Shown piece after piece: positions 1 to 12,400 of a stretch of 46,415 nucleotides of DNA (the stretch's first letter is position 1; each line of letters starts with the position of its first letter). The notes below the pieces were generated by a model. That model was not told the origin of the DNA and did not search any database. It saw nothing but the letters and a program-made list of their open reading frames with translations. The DNA is from Trichoplax sp. H2. Taxonomy: Eukaryota. The position numbers were made by a program, and so were the translations under genes. The stretch is from NCBI GenBank assembly GCA_003344405.1, contig NOWV01000170.1, forward strand, positions 124,001 to 170,415, read 5' to 3'.

Positions 1-215
1 ATCATTGATGTAAAATATTGTATCTTACATACTGTAGTAAAACACAGTAATATTTATTATTTAGAAAATGTTACTAAATACACTAACTTTAAAAGTATAC
101 ATCTAACCAGATCAGAATAAGCTATTGATCACTTTTACTTGAAAATTACTTTTTTGAATGATATTAAAGAATATCTTACTGATCTTCAAAATCAACTTGA
201 ATATAAATAACATAG

Positions 216-3200
216 GATGATCTATACGAAAGGCATAATTTTGCTGTGAAACGAATTTGTAAACAGTTTGGCGATGGATTCGTATCTTTTACTACACACT
301 TTATGACAATCAGAATAGATGCTTTTATTTATTAGGAGATTTGCTCATCATTGTTTGACCATTTAGAATTCTTAACCAAAATTTCAGTATATGCATGATT
401 TAGCTGACATTTGTAAGGTCTTAAATTTATGCAACGAAAGAATGCCAAAAGTCCCAGAATATGAAGAAGCAATTCATAATATCATCCGTTTGTGCAGGTA
501 TCGATCAACTGAATCATTTAATCCTCATAATAAGATGTGTTTAAATTAGAATATATTAAATTAATTTGAAATTTGTTACATTTTTGCAGCAAACCTTTCG
601 CGAAGAAAAGATACTCCGATGAATTAACCTATAAAGACAATGTGGTTGATATCATTATAGAAATTGGTACGATGAGATTTCGAGCACAAGCTAATTTTAT
701 TATCTATACTGTAATAAATTCTACAACTATAACATTATATGTATAATACTTCTTATAGGCAAATCATTACTCCAAGACAATGCAATTGTCCGTCGACAAG
801 CCTGTAAAACTCTCATGAAATTCGTTACTAGTAAACGTGAAGATCAAGGTACTGCGAATCAAGATTCCATTTTAAGTTAACTTAATCCTGGTTTTACACT
901 AATGATGCCATTAAAAGTAGCATTAATATTAGCTAAAAAAATTCTTTTATTTGATATAGACTGGATCACGTCACAAGACTACATAGAATTTATAATTATA
1001 AAGTCTGAAATGTCAGTGACAGCTATTTCAGCATTATCTGTAACAAAGGAGTATGACATACTTTGCGATCTCCTGGAATTGACGCTATACCTATCATATT
1101 CCGGTAAAAGTGCCCTAATTGTAATAACGGAGCTTTAGCTATTATCAAATTTAATTTTTCGCTTACTGTGATTACCATCTGTCTTATAAATAGCTGAGAA
1201 CTGCTTAGAAATGCTGTCTGCAAAAGCACCACGTCAAATCTTTGCTATTCTAAACACTGATGATCCTTCGCAACGGTAAAGACTAACTGTTTAGTATTTG
1301 GTTAATGAATATTTTCCTACACCGCAGCTTTCAAAATTATTTGCCTGTTTAGTAAGCAAATTTAAAACTTTTCCTACTTAGAATTCTTTTTAAAAGTACG
1401 GAAATAATTTGGAACCTACTTGAGTTAGGTTCTGGAGAAGAGGTATGAAACGACTGTCGATAAGATATGTGTATACGCGCAAATTAAATTTACTTATCTC
1501 CATTATTCTAATTATTACACATTTTTGATAATCATTTTAAATTTTGGCAAATTCATAGCTTGCTCAACAGCTTAATTGCATAACTTGTATTAGGTAAGTT
1601 CGTACTGCAATATAACGACTATATTATGCACTATATAGCTAATGCTGAAGTAATTAATTTTTAACGAAATGTTTTATAGAGCTGCTTAAGTTGATTACAT
1701 TTAAATATCTTTCTAATTTCACAATTTAGCGAACTAAAGAAGGCCTTACTCAAACTAATCCAGTCAGGAAGTAGTAATGCTGATCGTCAACTACGGTAAA
1801 ATGCACAAAACTTTTACAGTTTTTAATGATGTCAGAGAGGGGCTACTTCATAATATTGTCATCGCTAATGAAATAGGAACGATCTAATGGTCATTGCCAA
1901 TCTAATTGCTAATCAGAATCCATTTGTACCATTTGTGGTAAGTTAAATTAACCTAATATCCGTTTAAAACTCATCGTTAAAATTAAGATACGATACTTGA
2001 AAAGATTAAATTAAAAGAAATTTTCGCTTCCCAACCATAATTACTATTTGAAAATAAAATAAAATAATTCTTACATGAATATAGGAAACTGGTTTAGCAG
2101 AAAAATTAATGCTTTATACTACTTACCCAGAAGGTATAGCAAATTTGTTGTTATAATACGGTACTGCTAATAACAATTACGTCGTTACGGAAAGATTATA
2201 TCAAATACTAATACTGTTTGACATTTTTAGTTCCATCACGTAATATGGATATCCGAAAACTAAAACTAACTCATGTGCGTAAAGCATCGCAATAAATTAT
2301 CATATTTTTAAATACTGTCTCTATGCTAAAGTTTTCAATTTTCTTCATTTATATAGCGTGATGAAGATTTTGAATTTAAGAAGTTGCTCTTTAATTTCAT
2401 ATCATTAATTAATGTCGATAAAACTGCACTAAGCGTAAGTCATACATTATGAGTTTTATGCCGAGAACTATATGTTAGTCTATTTTTATAACTTTGCTTT
2501 CTTACTATTCTTACAGCTAATGAAAAAGACCCATATTATGCTGGGTCTACTATCATTTGTTCGTTCTAATGATAAGCCTATAGCTCCATGGTCATCGGCT
2601 CAATTTGAAGAGCTGCAATTATTGGTAATTAAATTACGATTTGCCCAAATCTCTGAATCTTTTTAAACATAACACGCACGTACAATCTGTCAGCTAAACT
2701 GAAATAAATACCAAATCATTCTTAAAATCAGGCTATGTCGGTACTAACATCCATTGCTCCTCAACTTGTTGACGATTATATGGTGTGTCAAACAAATGCA
2801 AGATTATTGCTCTTAATGGAATGGTGTACGAATAATGGTAAGCTACTTATTTTAATTGTAAATATTGATCTATTGTATGTACATTTATTTTCAGTAGAAG
2901 TTTAAATAATAGTATTTCACCTTCACTGTCAATTTAGATGGATCTTTTCATGGACATGGAAACAGCTTTCACGGAAAATGCAGTTATGGCAATAGAAAAG
3001 CCCAACTGAGAGCAAGTTTACGGCTTTTACTTCATGTCTGTAATACTAAATTAGATATCATTCTAGACGACCTATGCGATCAAGGTGCTATAAACCAGTT
3101 GATAGGTATAAGATTTATCCTAGGTGTTGTAATATCTAGTTAATATCCTGTAGTTACTTCAAGTAGATTGATCTGTAGCATTTTGAAGCGTAACAAAATT

Positions 3201-5966
3201 TAAATTAAATTTTATTTTCTATAATTAAAAAAATTCAATTTTGCCATTTATTCCCCGTTTCAGGAATGTTGCCACAATCTGAGAGTGTAATAATATCCGA
3301 TTACGATGTAATTGATATCGAAATGCAAAGTAACATATTGCTTATACTATCTCTAATTTGTGAGAGTCGTTCTCATCATAAGGTAAAAATACGTGACGAT
3401 ATATACTGTGTTTAAATCTGTTACGCAAAATAAACATTTATGTATATAAAATAGATCGTTTTAATGTAATTAAGTTACATCTATGCGTAAACTAAGTTTT
3501 TACATCTCGATACGCAAATAGGAACTTTTTGGACAATTTGGTGTGCAGACTGTAGTTAAATATCTAAAATTAAACCCAAATCAGTTATCTGAAGGTCTTG
3601 GCCACTTAAATCTTTTAACATCTGCAGTCGATAATATTTGGTATGTATTGGAATAAGGCACTTTAGAGAAAGAAATGAATTAGCTGTAACTGTTTCTGCT
3701 CCAACTTAGGTGTTGCATTGTCAGCTGCCCATTGACAGAAGATTTCTTTTTGCAAGAAGACGGCGTATTCCTACTTTTAGATTTATTAGAGGTTTATTCA
3801 ATTTTACCTTAGCTTATTTCCTATCTTTATTAACTATTAGCATAGATATAGCTAACTATATTTTTATACTTCAGATATGCCCAAATAGTCTACAAAACAT
3901 TGTGCTAGGAACTATCCTTGAATTGTGCGATAATAAAAAGGTAAAATGGATTAATAACTACGTAAGATGATTTCAAAGAGTTCATTTTATTTTATTACAA
4001 AATCAAGTAGCATCAATTTATTGTATTCCATATTTATGAACGACCTAGTAAACAAGCATTTCTTTTCTTTCAGGCTATTTCACACTTGATGACATGGCGC
4101 GGGAAAGATAATCACGTAACCATTGGAAGTTTACTGGTCAGACTTTGGAAGCAAGAAGAATATGCTATGGGTGTTCAACGAGATGAATATGGCGTCATTT
4201 TAGGTCTGTTTATACGTTATATAAAATTTATCGTGTGCTTAGTTAGGAAGGTATAGTCCCAAACCATTAACAATAGTTGCCTTTACAACTAATCGAAATC
4301 AGACATTAAGAATCCGCTGGCAGGAGCAGACCAAATTAGTCGTGGAGTGATACCATTACCGTCTACATCTATCACTCCTGTCATCGCAGACGTATTTGAA
4401 AATATGAGAGCCAAGATCTATCGATTGTTCTGCAAGATTGGTATGTAATATTTAGGAATTTTTCCTTGAGCATGCCACCGTACTCCAATATTTAAGTTTA
4501 TTGTTATTTAGCATAACAAAATCTGCACAGAGAAGTGTATTATTTCAATTAGTTTAACTTCATTATAACTTCATTCATAGCAAGACGCTGTTGCTAACTT
4601 ATACTTCCATGTTTTACGCAATCTTCAAATATATAGGTTTTAATGAAATTTCTGGACTTAATATAATCGATTCAATCACAGTCGCCATTATAGAAAAATA
4701 CATCGACTTTAAGGTATATCATTGACTTCTACAACATTATAATAAACATAAATTGGCTATAGTAAAGTTTACTTGTAAAGTGTTGCTACTTGACCTCATT
4801 TTTAAACTGAATCATTAGACGGGAGAGGTCCATCAAGAAATTGTAAATGAATTAGAACAAGAAGACATCCGACCTATTACACCCGATCGAGAATGCTGTG
4901 AAGAAATTCTTAGAACGCTTGAATACAGAGCTAAGGGAGTTTCTTTGGCTCAGGTAGACTTTTCAAAATTATCTCAGTATTATGGATAGCAAAAAGCATT
5001 TTTAATTTGTTTTATCGAGATAGTAATTACGCAATTGCTATAGCTAATTATTATTTCAGTATTATATGAATGGTATTAGACCTTCTTATGAATAATTCAT
5101 AAACATTGCCAATAGATTGAACTCTTAAAAGCCCAGCATGGACAAGATTTAACAGAAGAGCAAACGGATTACGATCAAGTAATGTTTCTAACTCTAGTCT
5201 ATGTGTTAAAAAGACAGTACATGCTACTTTAAATGAAATGGCTATTTTATAGTGCCATTAGTTATCTCATTTACTATGAATAAGATTATCAATTTTATAA
5301 TATTATCTGATCTTCTTTATTGCATTATAGCTTAAGCAAAATCATTACTATAGCGAGAAACAAAAGTCAAATTTTAAAGATTACGTTAAAAGAACATCAG
5401 AAATGTCCTATTTATCGGTAACTACTTTTGGTCATAATATGGAATAGAAATTGAAATCGCTTTCTTAAAAGTAACGTTACTTTCGATTATTACTTCGTAG
5501 ACTGCTAAGGAAAAACAAAAAAGACTGATTGATGAATCTCGAGTATATCACTTGCAAACTGTCGATGAAGACGAAGTAGAGTAAGTATATTGCTCTTTCC
5601 ATATGATATCCATTTCCAGTTAGAAAGTCGGCCATTTTATCAATGTACAATAGTAACTATAAAATCCAAGTTTCTAATTTTTTTTCTTTTTTAATTTCAT
5701 CATCTCTAATTTAGCTTTTTGCCTGAAAAATTCCATGATACTGATGTTCCATTACGAACAACAGTAAGTAATTGTGTTTTAAATTAATTTTCCTTGTGTT
5801 TGTGTCCGTATTCCATATTTATAGGTGCTCATGCAAAGTTATCCTTACGGTTATTTTCTCAACTTAGGTCTTATATAGTAATCAAGTCTCTGTTAACACG
5901 CCTATTATACAGTCTGCTTCATCGAATGATTCTCGTCAGGCTTCGGATATTGCCATGTCATCATAA
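216..5966 (+). CDS. CFAP69: Cilia- and flagella-associated protein 69 (ARM-repeat), 5'-partial; 29 exons in window
   Basis: GT-AG exons starting at about 216, 388, 590, 759, 960, 1194, 1382, 1559, 1730, 1877, 2085, 2231, 2357, 2517, 2732, 2938, 3264, 3522, 3710, 3875, 4074, 4303, 4638, 4819, 5116, 5331, 5501, 5715 and 5868; stop TAA 5964-5966. Peptides DLADICKVLNLC, PFAKKRYSDELTY, EDFEFKKLLFN, WSSAQFEELQL, FHGHGNSFHG, VLGTILELCDN and ENMRAKIY match recalled CFAP69/C7orf63 motifs in order. Start codon lies upstream of the window. Confidence 0.93.
282..387 (+). other. U12-type (minor spliceosome) GT-AG intron in CFAP69
   Basis: Donor GTATCTTTT (U12 consensus RTATCCTTT); branch site TTCTTAAC (369-376) about 11 nt before the CAG acceptor; no real polypyrimidine tract. 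Confidence 0.8.
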
Positions 5967-6646
5967 AAGTAGTGATTACTCGTACTATCGATATTCTTAC
6001 GCTACCATAGCTCAAAGCCTATTGCCTACTACTTCACTATTATGCCAGTATATCCGTATAGGAGATGGCAGTCATGGTATGCCCAATATTAATCAATAAT
6101 GTAGCAGCTAAGAGTTAATATATAAATCATAACAAGTGAAAAATGGATATTTTAAAAATTTTTCCTTACTCTCGATTTTTGAAAATGATTTTATTTTTGT
6201 TACGCGCTTAGTATACCGCCTATATAATGTAAATATTATTCTTACGTATTATTAGTGGTAGCTGTATTCCGAGATGCCATTTCTTAAAATGGATGAAATT
6301 TACAACGTAACTACTTCAAATCTACAATTGACTACTGTTCTGTACATACTCGTGTATCTATAATGTATATATATATATATACATACCTATACAATATTAT
6401 ACAATATACATGCCCATCTATAGTATCCTTATAAGATTATACAGCGATTTTATGTTTACTAATATTGTATTTTAACCATTTACGCCAATAAATCATAAGT
6501 CGATCGAAATTATCCGGTGCGATCGGATGAGTTTGTGAATTCTATTCATCATACGACTGATACAAGATATGATATTTAGCCAATAATTCCAATAATGCCA
6601 ATCATAGCCAATAATGCCATCACCGAGACTTTCTTGGCATTATTGT

Positions 6647-7318
6647 CCTATTTTTTATTCGTAAATATCAATATTTGGAATTAATCTATGCTATCCTATC
6701 GACATCATCGATAATGATGATTTCATTTGCATTTCCTAAATAAAATGCTCATCATGATCCTATCTTTTATTCGTAAATATCAATATTGGGAATTAATCTA
6801 CGTTATCCTGTCGACATCATCCATAATGATGACTTCATTTACATTTCCTCAATCAAATGTTCATCATGGTCCTATCTTTTATTCGTAAATATCAATATTT
6901 GGAATTAATCTACGTTATCCTGTCGACATCATCAATAATGATGACTTCATTTACATTTCCTCAATCAAATGTTCATCATGATCCTATCTTTTATTCGTAA
7001 ATATCAATATTGGGAATGAATCTACGTTATCCTATCGACATCATCCATAATAATGAGTTCATTTGCATTTCCTGAATAAAATGTTCATCATGATCCTATC
7101 TTTTATTCGTAAATATCAATATTGGGAATTAATCTACGTTATCCTGTCGACATCATCCATAATGATGACTTCATTTACATTTCCTCAATCAAATGTTCAT
7201 CATGATCCTATCTTTTATTCGTAGATATCAATATTGGGAATGAATCTACGTTATCCTATCGACATCATCCATAGTAATGAGTTCATTTGCATTTCCTAAA
7301 TAAAATGTTCATCATGAT
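6647..7318. repeat. Tandem array, 6 x 112 bp, AT-rich
   Basis: Unit CCTATCTTTTATTCGTAAATATCAATATT...TTCATCATGAT starts at 6647, 6759, 6871, 6983, 7095 and 7207. Confidence 0.95.
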
Positions 7319-7669
7319 GACTATCCTCGACAACTAGCTTCCACTAGAGTGGCCATGAGCTTTATAAAGAACGATATTATATACTGTAGGTTGAGGCCAC
7401 AATAATGAATGTCACCCAGCAAAAGTGAAGGGTGCTACAAGGTGACTCGTCACGAGACAATCGTTTCCTGTACGGTTGTAGACAATTGAATTGGTACAGT
7501 TGAAGTGACCCGCAAAACAATAGTAGTCCTGCGCAGTTTGACTTCGTTCGTATTGTGAGACGATCATCTGCCTTTCTTATCTCTCTCTTGTACGGTCATC
7601 GTCCAGTACAGTACGTACGCCTGCGCTGCAGTCAACTCGTCCATTTGACCACACCTAGACTATGGATCA

Positions 7670-7990
7670 TTTTGGCGCGCATTGGAAAAAACGGACCAAT
7701 CAGTGTCCAGAATGGCATAACGACACTTGGGTTTTCAAAAAAAAAAATCCACCATTGACCGGGAATACAATATTTTGATAGGGTAGTATACTATCGGATA
7801 CGCTAGATCCCGATGCAGTCCATTCGACTATTCTCTTCATCACCAATAGGAACATGACTAAGCGATGGTCTTAGTAGAGAGTACTGTAGAAGATCTACAG
7901 TACAGTAATCTACTGTATTGTACTGTAGTCTTGGATACTTTGCCTGCCTGCTTTCCAGTACTGTACGATCAGGCGGGTGAGATTGGAGTA
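7670..7990 (+). promoter_or_regulatory. Putative DBF4 cell-cycle promoter: E2F site, CCAAT boxes, CHR-like element
   Basis: TTTGGCGC 7671-7678 (E2F consensus TTTSSCGC); ATTGG 7681, CCAAT 7696 and 7843, ATTGG 7982; TTCAAA 7734-7739 (reverse of CHR TTTGAA). Locally GC-richer, upstream of a candidate 5'UTR exon. Confidence 0.55.
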
Positions 7991-8039
7991 GGTTGACTAC
8001 CTTGGAGTGACATGTGAGGAGAATGACTTGTCCATGGTC

Positions 8040-8386
8040 GTGTGTCCAAAGAAACGTTCGTTGCAGATCACTTGCAGTCATTGACCACAGCGATAAGAAA
8101 ATTTGCTAATGGCGGTTCTAAGATTCTCAAAACGTCTTCAAGACTAAAACATTTTCAAGACAAGCCTAAAATTCATTTCAATCGTAGACGATATCCAAGA
8201 TCCATTGGTCAAGGTTGTTCGCTTCCATTTCTGGCTTTCTATCGTGGAATTCTCCAATTACACATATTGAAATCGCCCCTCCAAGGCAGTAAACACCAGC
8301 AACCCAGTGAACCATGGTAGATGGTATGCAGTATTAAATACGGCTGTATCCAGGATGCATTTGTTTCGTCAATAAGCAAATTAAAG
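8040..8386 (+). other. Probable non-coding 5'UTR exon of DBF4 (start approximate)
   Basis: Strong donor AAG|GTAAGA at 8387, downstream of the promoter motifs; the ATG-bearing exon begins after an acceptor (TTTAG 9451-9455), which implies an upstream exon. Confidence 0.45.
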
Positions 8387-8497
8387 GTAAGACTTTCAAT
8401 TCTATTCTGAATCAGCTAGCTGTACTTGGTTACTGTTGGAGCATAAAAACACACACAAGCATTTGCTATGATATCAAAGCACGAGTACAGTTGATAA

Positions 8498-8708
8498 CAG
8501 TCTCACCAGTGGAAATACTGTACGACAGGAAAAACAAATGCAAAGTTGAGGGACTAATATCATGATCCATGCTTGTAGTGAAGCACTTGTAGGCTTTGAA
8601 GATATATAGTGTAGATCGGCACTTGCTAGCAGTCTCAAAAATAGCAAATACTGTACTATTGGAAAAGAAATGCAGGGTTAACGGACTAGCATCATAATCC
8701 ATGCTTGC
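8498..8708. repeat. Diverged direct duplication, period ~131 bp
   Basis: CAGTCTCA...AAATACTGTAC...AAATGCA...GGACTA...ATCAT.ATCCATGCTTG occurs at about 8498 and 8629. Confidence 0.7.
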
Positions 8709-9057
8709 AAATTGTAGAAAATTTGCAATCACACCATGTCGTAGTGGAAAATTTCCGATCGATGTCGATCCGAAATGCGAAAATAGAGAGTACTATACGG
8801 CAATACCTTCCGAGTCTGCTACAGTAGTGCAGTAAAATACTGCCTGCTCGATATCGCGCTTAGCTAGTATATACGTAGGTTATACCGTAGGATGTTGGTC
8901 GAGGATTGCATGGTTCTATCGTTAAATAATAAAGTAACAATTGAAATGCGAAACGTTCAACCTTGATGTGTTAGAGCTGTGATATACTATCGTTACATAA
9001 GACAGAGATGGAGGATTTTTATACCTACTGCACATTGTACAGTATATCACTAAATAG

Positions 9058-9315
9058 TAATCAATGAATTGACAGTAAATATGCTCAACACTTTGGTCCT
9101 GATATTGTATACCGTAACATATACATGTGATGTAGCTGCTTAGCAGTGACAAAAGAGCTTGATCTGGGATTGATGCACCTGCAACATAATCAATGAATTG
9201 ACTGTAAATATGCTCAACACTTTGGTCCTGATGTTGTATACCGTAACGTATACATGTGATGTAGCTGCTTAGCAGTGACAAATGAGCTTGATCTGCGATT
9301 GATGCACCTGCAACA
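9058..9315. repeat. Tandem duplication, 2 x 129 bp, near-identical
   Basis: TAATCAATGAATTGAC...GATGCACCTGCAACA at 9058 and 9187. Confidence 0.93.
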
Positions 9316-9463
9316 TTAAACAACAAATTCACAGTTAAAGCGCCATTCCGTAATACGTTTGTAAATATCGATGGCATCGGGTTTTCGGTAGTGGATACGA
9401 ATACATGTATTTTGATCGAAAATAACAATTAGCATGTATTTATACATCAATTTAGAATAATCA

Positions 9464-12400
9464 ATGTCTGGAAGAAAATTTGGATCTGTCGACACTGGCA
9501 GAAAGAGCAAACGCCGTGAAACACCATTTTCAACTGGCAAAAAGGGAATTAGAAAGTCTTTCAACAGGAATAGCGTTTTAAAGAAATCAGGTAGCTTTCT
9601 TAATTGTTAACTATTATAGTTATCATAAAATCACAGTATGAGTAAACAGTACCTTTCGATCTATATTGCTGAAAGTATACAAACTAAAATGATAAATATC
9701 AATTGCGTTAATTCAATGACCCTTAACATTGCTGATCTTAATAATCCCTAGAGCATCCGCGTGGACGTCGACGCTTAGATTTTTCCGACGATCCCCCTTT
9801 TAAAGGGAGAACATTTTACCTCGATCTTTATGGTTATAACGTTAACCTCTTGAATCAATTAGAGAAAGATTTACAAGATTTAGGAGGGGTAAGGAACAAA
9901 TTATTGCAATTTATATAATGAATTAGAAACAAGGATTGGCTCTTTATGACAGTCTTGTTATTACAAATGTTCCACTCTATACTAATTGGAACTTTTGCAT
10001 TTTACTTCAAGGTAGTGGAAAAATTTTTCAGTAACGATGTCAATTGTGTCATTGTTCATCGTTCTAATTTCAATGAACAAGATAGTAACTGGAAAAATAC
10101 ACAGTCTTCAACGGGTTCAACGTCAACACAGAGTTTCTCTCATTGCAACTCTTTCGGGTAAAAGCCATTGTCTACCCTGATATTATTGTAATGTTAACTG
10201 TTTACCTAGCTTAATATGTGTAGTAATATAGGAGAAAGGATCTTAGTACGTAATTTTGTAACTGTAAAATAGGGCGAAATATTACTTTACAATTGAAAAG
10301 GAAGATAACTTATAGGAATACACTATGATAGATGTATCAATATAAAAAAATGAATAAAAGTCGTAAATTTTGAATGTTGGTATGGACATAATCTGATATC
10401 ATTAATAACATTATCCCAGCTGAATGGGAATGGAAGCAAATTCCTGCTCTTGACATTATTGCTGTTCTTGTAAAAACAGCGATCTAATGAATTAGAATAA
10501 CTTAAAGCGTTCTTATTTCATCAATAGTCAGGATCGTTCCAGCCGAAGCCGTCCTCTACTAACTACTTATGTATGTTAAATTTCCCCTTTCTATGATTCA
10601 TCTCGGCTACCGCATTTCTATTGTTGTCATAACGAGACTAAATGCTTGTATTTGAAAATGTTTAGAATACGCGAGGAAAAGCACTTGTACAGCAAGCAGC
10701 AGCAAATGTTCCTTTGGTATTGATTATATTATTGCAATTTTCTATTTTTCTTGTAATCCAACATTGATTTCAATTTTTATTTGTATTACAGAGACATAAC
10801 AATGGTGGTAATGCTGTTGTGTCAAAAGCTAGAGCTTTGGGCATCAAGATTGTCACCTTGGATAGTATCTTTCTATTGAAATAGTTGCAAAATAGTTTCA
10901 ATAATGTTAAAATAAATGATACTGGAAATTCAGTTCTTTGCGTAGAACTGCACTGGTATAAGCATGTAGGGTACAACAGAAGTATTTCTAAGTTTTATCA
11001 GGTAGTTGTATATAATCCTTAATGCGTTCATAGAAGTTCAAAATTACTTGAAGAAGGAGAAAACGACCGCAAATTTGGGTGCTATTCGCAAGGTATTGTA
11101 GTATCGACATAACTGTACATATTTTTGTATTCATGCTTTCGGTATCGTAATTCAAGCTATGAATTAAAAAGGTATTTCTATATTTATCTTTATCCGACAC
11201 GAAAGGATCGGAATGAATCCAGAAAGCTTGACATCAAAGGTTGTGAGTTTACGTCTTACACGTACATGTGCATCAGTAGCAGTTGGTATATAGCACATAT
11301 TTCTTTGGATTAGTTTTAACTTTCTTGAATTTCCTTATTTTTTGAATCAGCTCAACACCTGAGAACTCCTTTCGTCAAAGTGCTCGATTTAAGCGGGTTA
11401 GTTTAACGATTTCTATAACTTGCGACTGTGAAAACGATAAAGCATATCAAGGAATTTTTACCTATATCAATTCTACTGTATTGCAACCTTTGCTATTCAG
11501 GTGTAACAGTGCCTAGTTAAACCGTTTATATTCTATCTTGTAATAGCGACTATAAGCCATTAGTTGCGGAATTTAACACGTGGCCCCGTGTTAATCTTGA
11601 CTCTTCGTCTGGCACGTGCCCCTTTAAACAGTCTAAGAAAAAAGAAATTTATAAATCCAAAATACAGAAACGAGCAAAAAATTCTTCGCCAGATAAACTA
11701 CCCGGAATTGGCCTGCAACTGACCAATGTGGTAGATGATATTCCTGTCATTAAGAATCAGCAAAATCTTCCGTAAGTTACCTTACGCTATCTATTCTTTT
11801 ACTCATACCTGTACATACTTGACCATGTATTATACTGTATAAGCCTTATTCATCGGATATTGTTTCTTGCTTGAATAGTAGAATAACAACTAAAATTGGA
11901 TTTAAGGATGGCAGGCATCAGAAAAGAAAAATTCGATTATGTGAATGTTGCGGAAAGAAGTTTGAAGACTATGAAGACGTATGTCTTTTCTTACATGATG
12001 CAATTTATCATCTGTGTGAAGAATAATGTGATTTGTTTATGATTACAGCATCTGACTAGTGCAATACACCGGCAATTTGCTCAGAATGACTCTAATTATA
12101 GAAGTATCGATGGCTTAATTAACAGTGAATTACGAATCGAAAATTTAATTCGTGATATTAATGCACAAGCTACAGAATCACTCATCGACAAAGATGCTCT
12201 GTAAGAACTCTTGCATATATTATAGTGTGATTGTGAAACTGATTGTAATAAGCATCAAAAAGAGCATTTCTATTCGCGTACTATAATTACTGATGCTTTT
12301 ACGATGTATAATAGTATCTATTTCCATGATATGCTATTAATTCCTATTATAGTAGTATAAAGATGTACTTTCTGAATTAAGCTGCGGCCCTATCTAAATA

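Noticed and set aside
6499..8776. Possible transposon terminal inverted repeats (TCGATCGAAAT-like)
   Set aside because: Match is short and imperfect, with no target-site duplication or transposase remnant.
8922..9428. 168 aa minus-strand ORF
   Set aside because: Spans the 129 bp duplication, antisense within the presumed DBF4 first intron, non-ATG start, no recognisable domain.
9591..9751. U12-like branch sequence CCTTAAC in the DBF4 intron
   Set aside because: The donor GTAGCT is not U12-type, so it is treated as an ordinary U2 intron.
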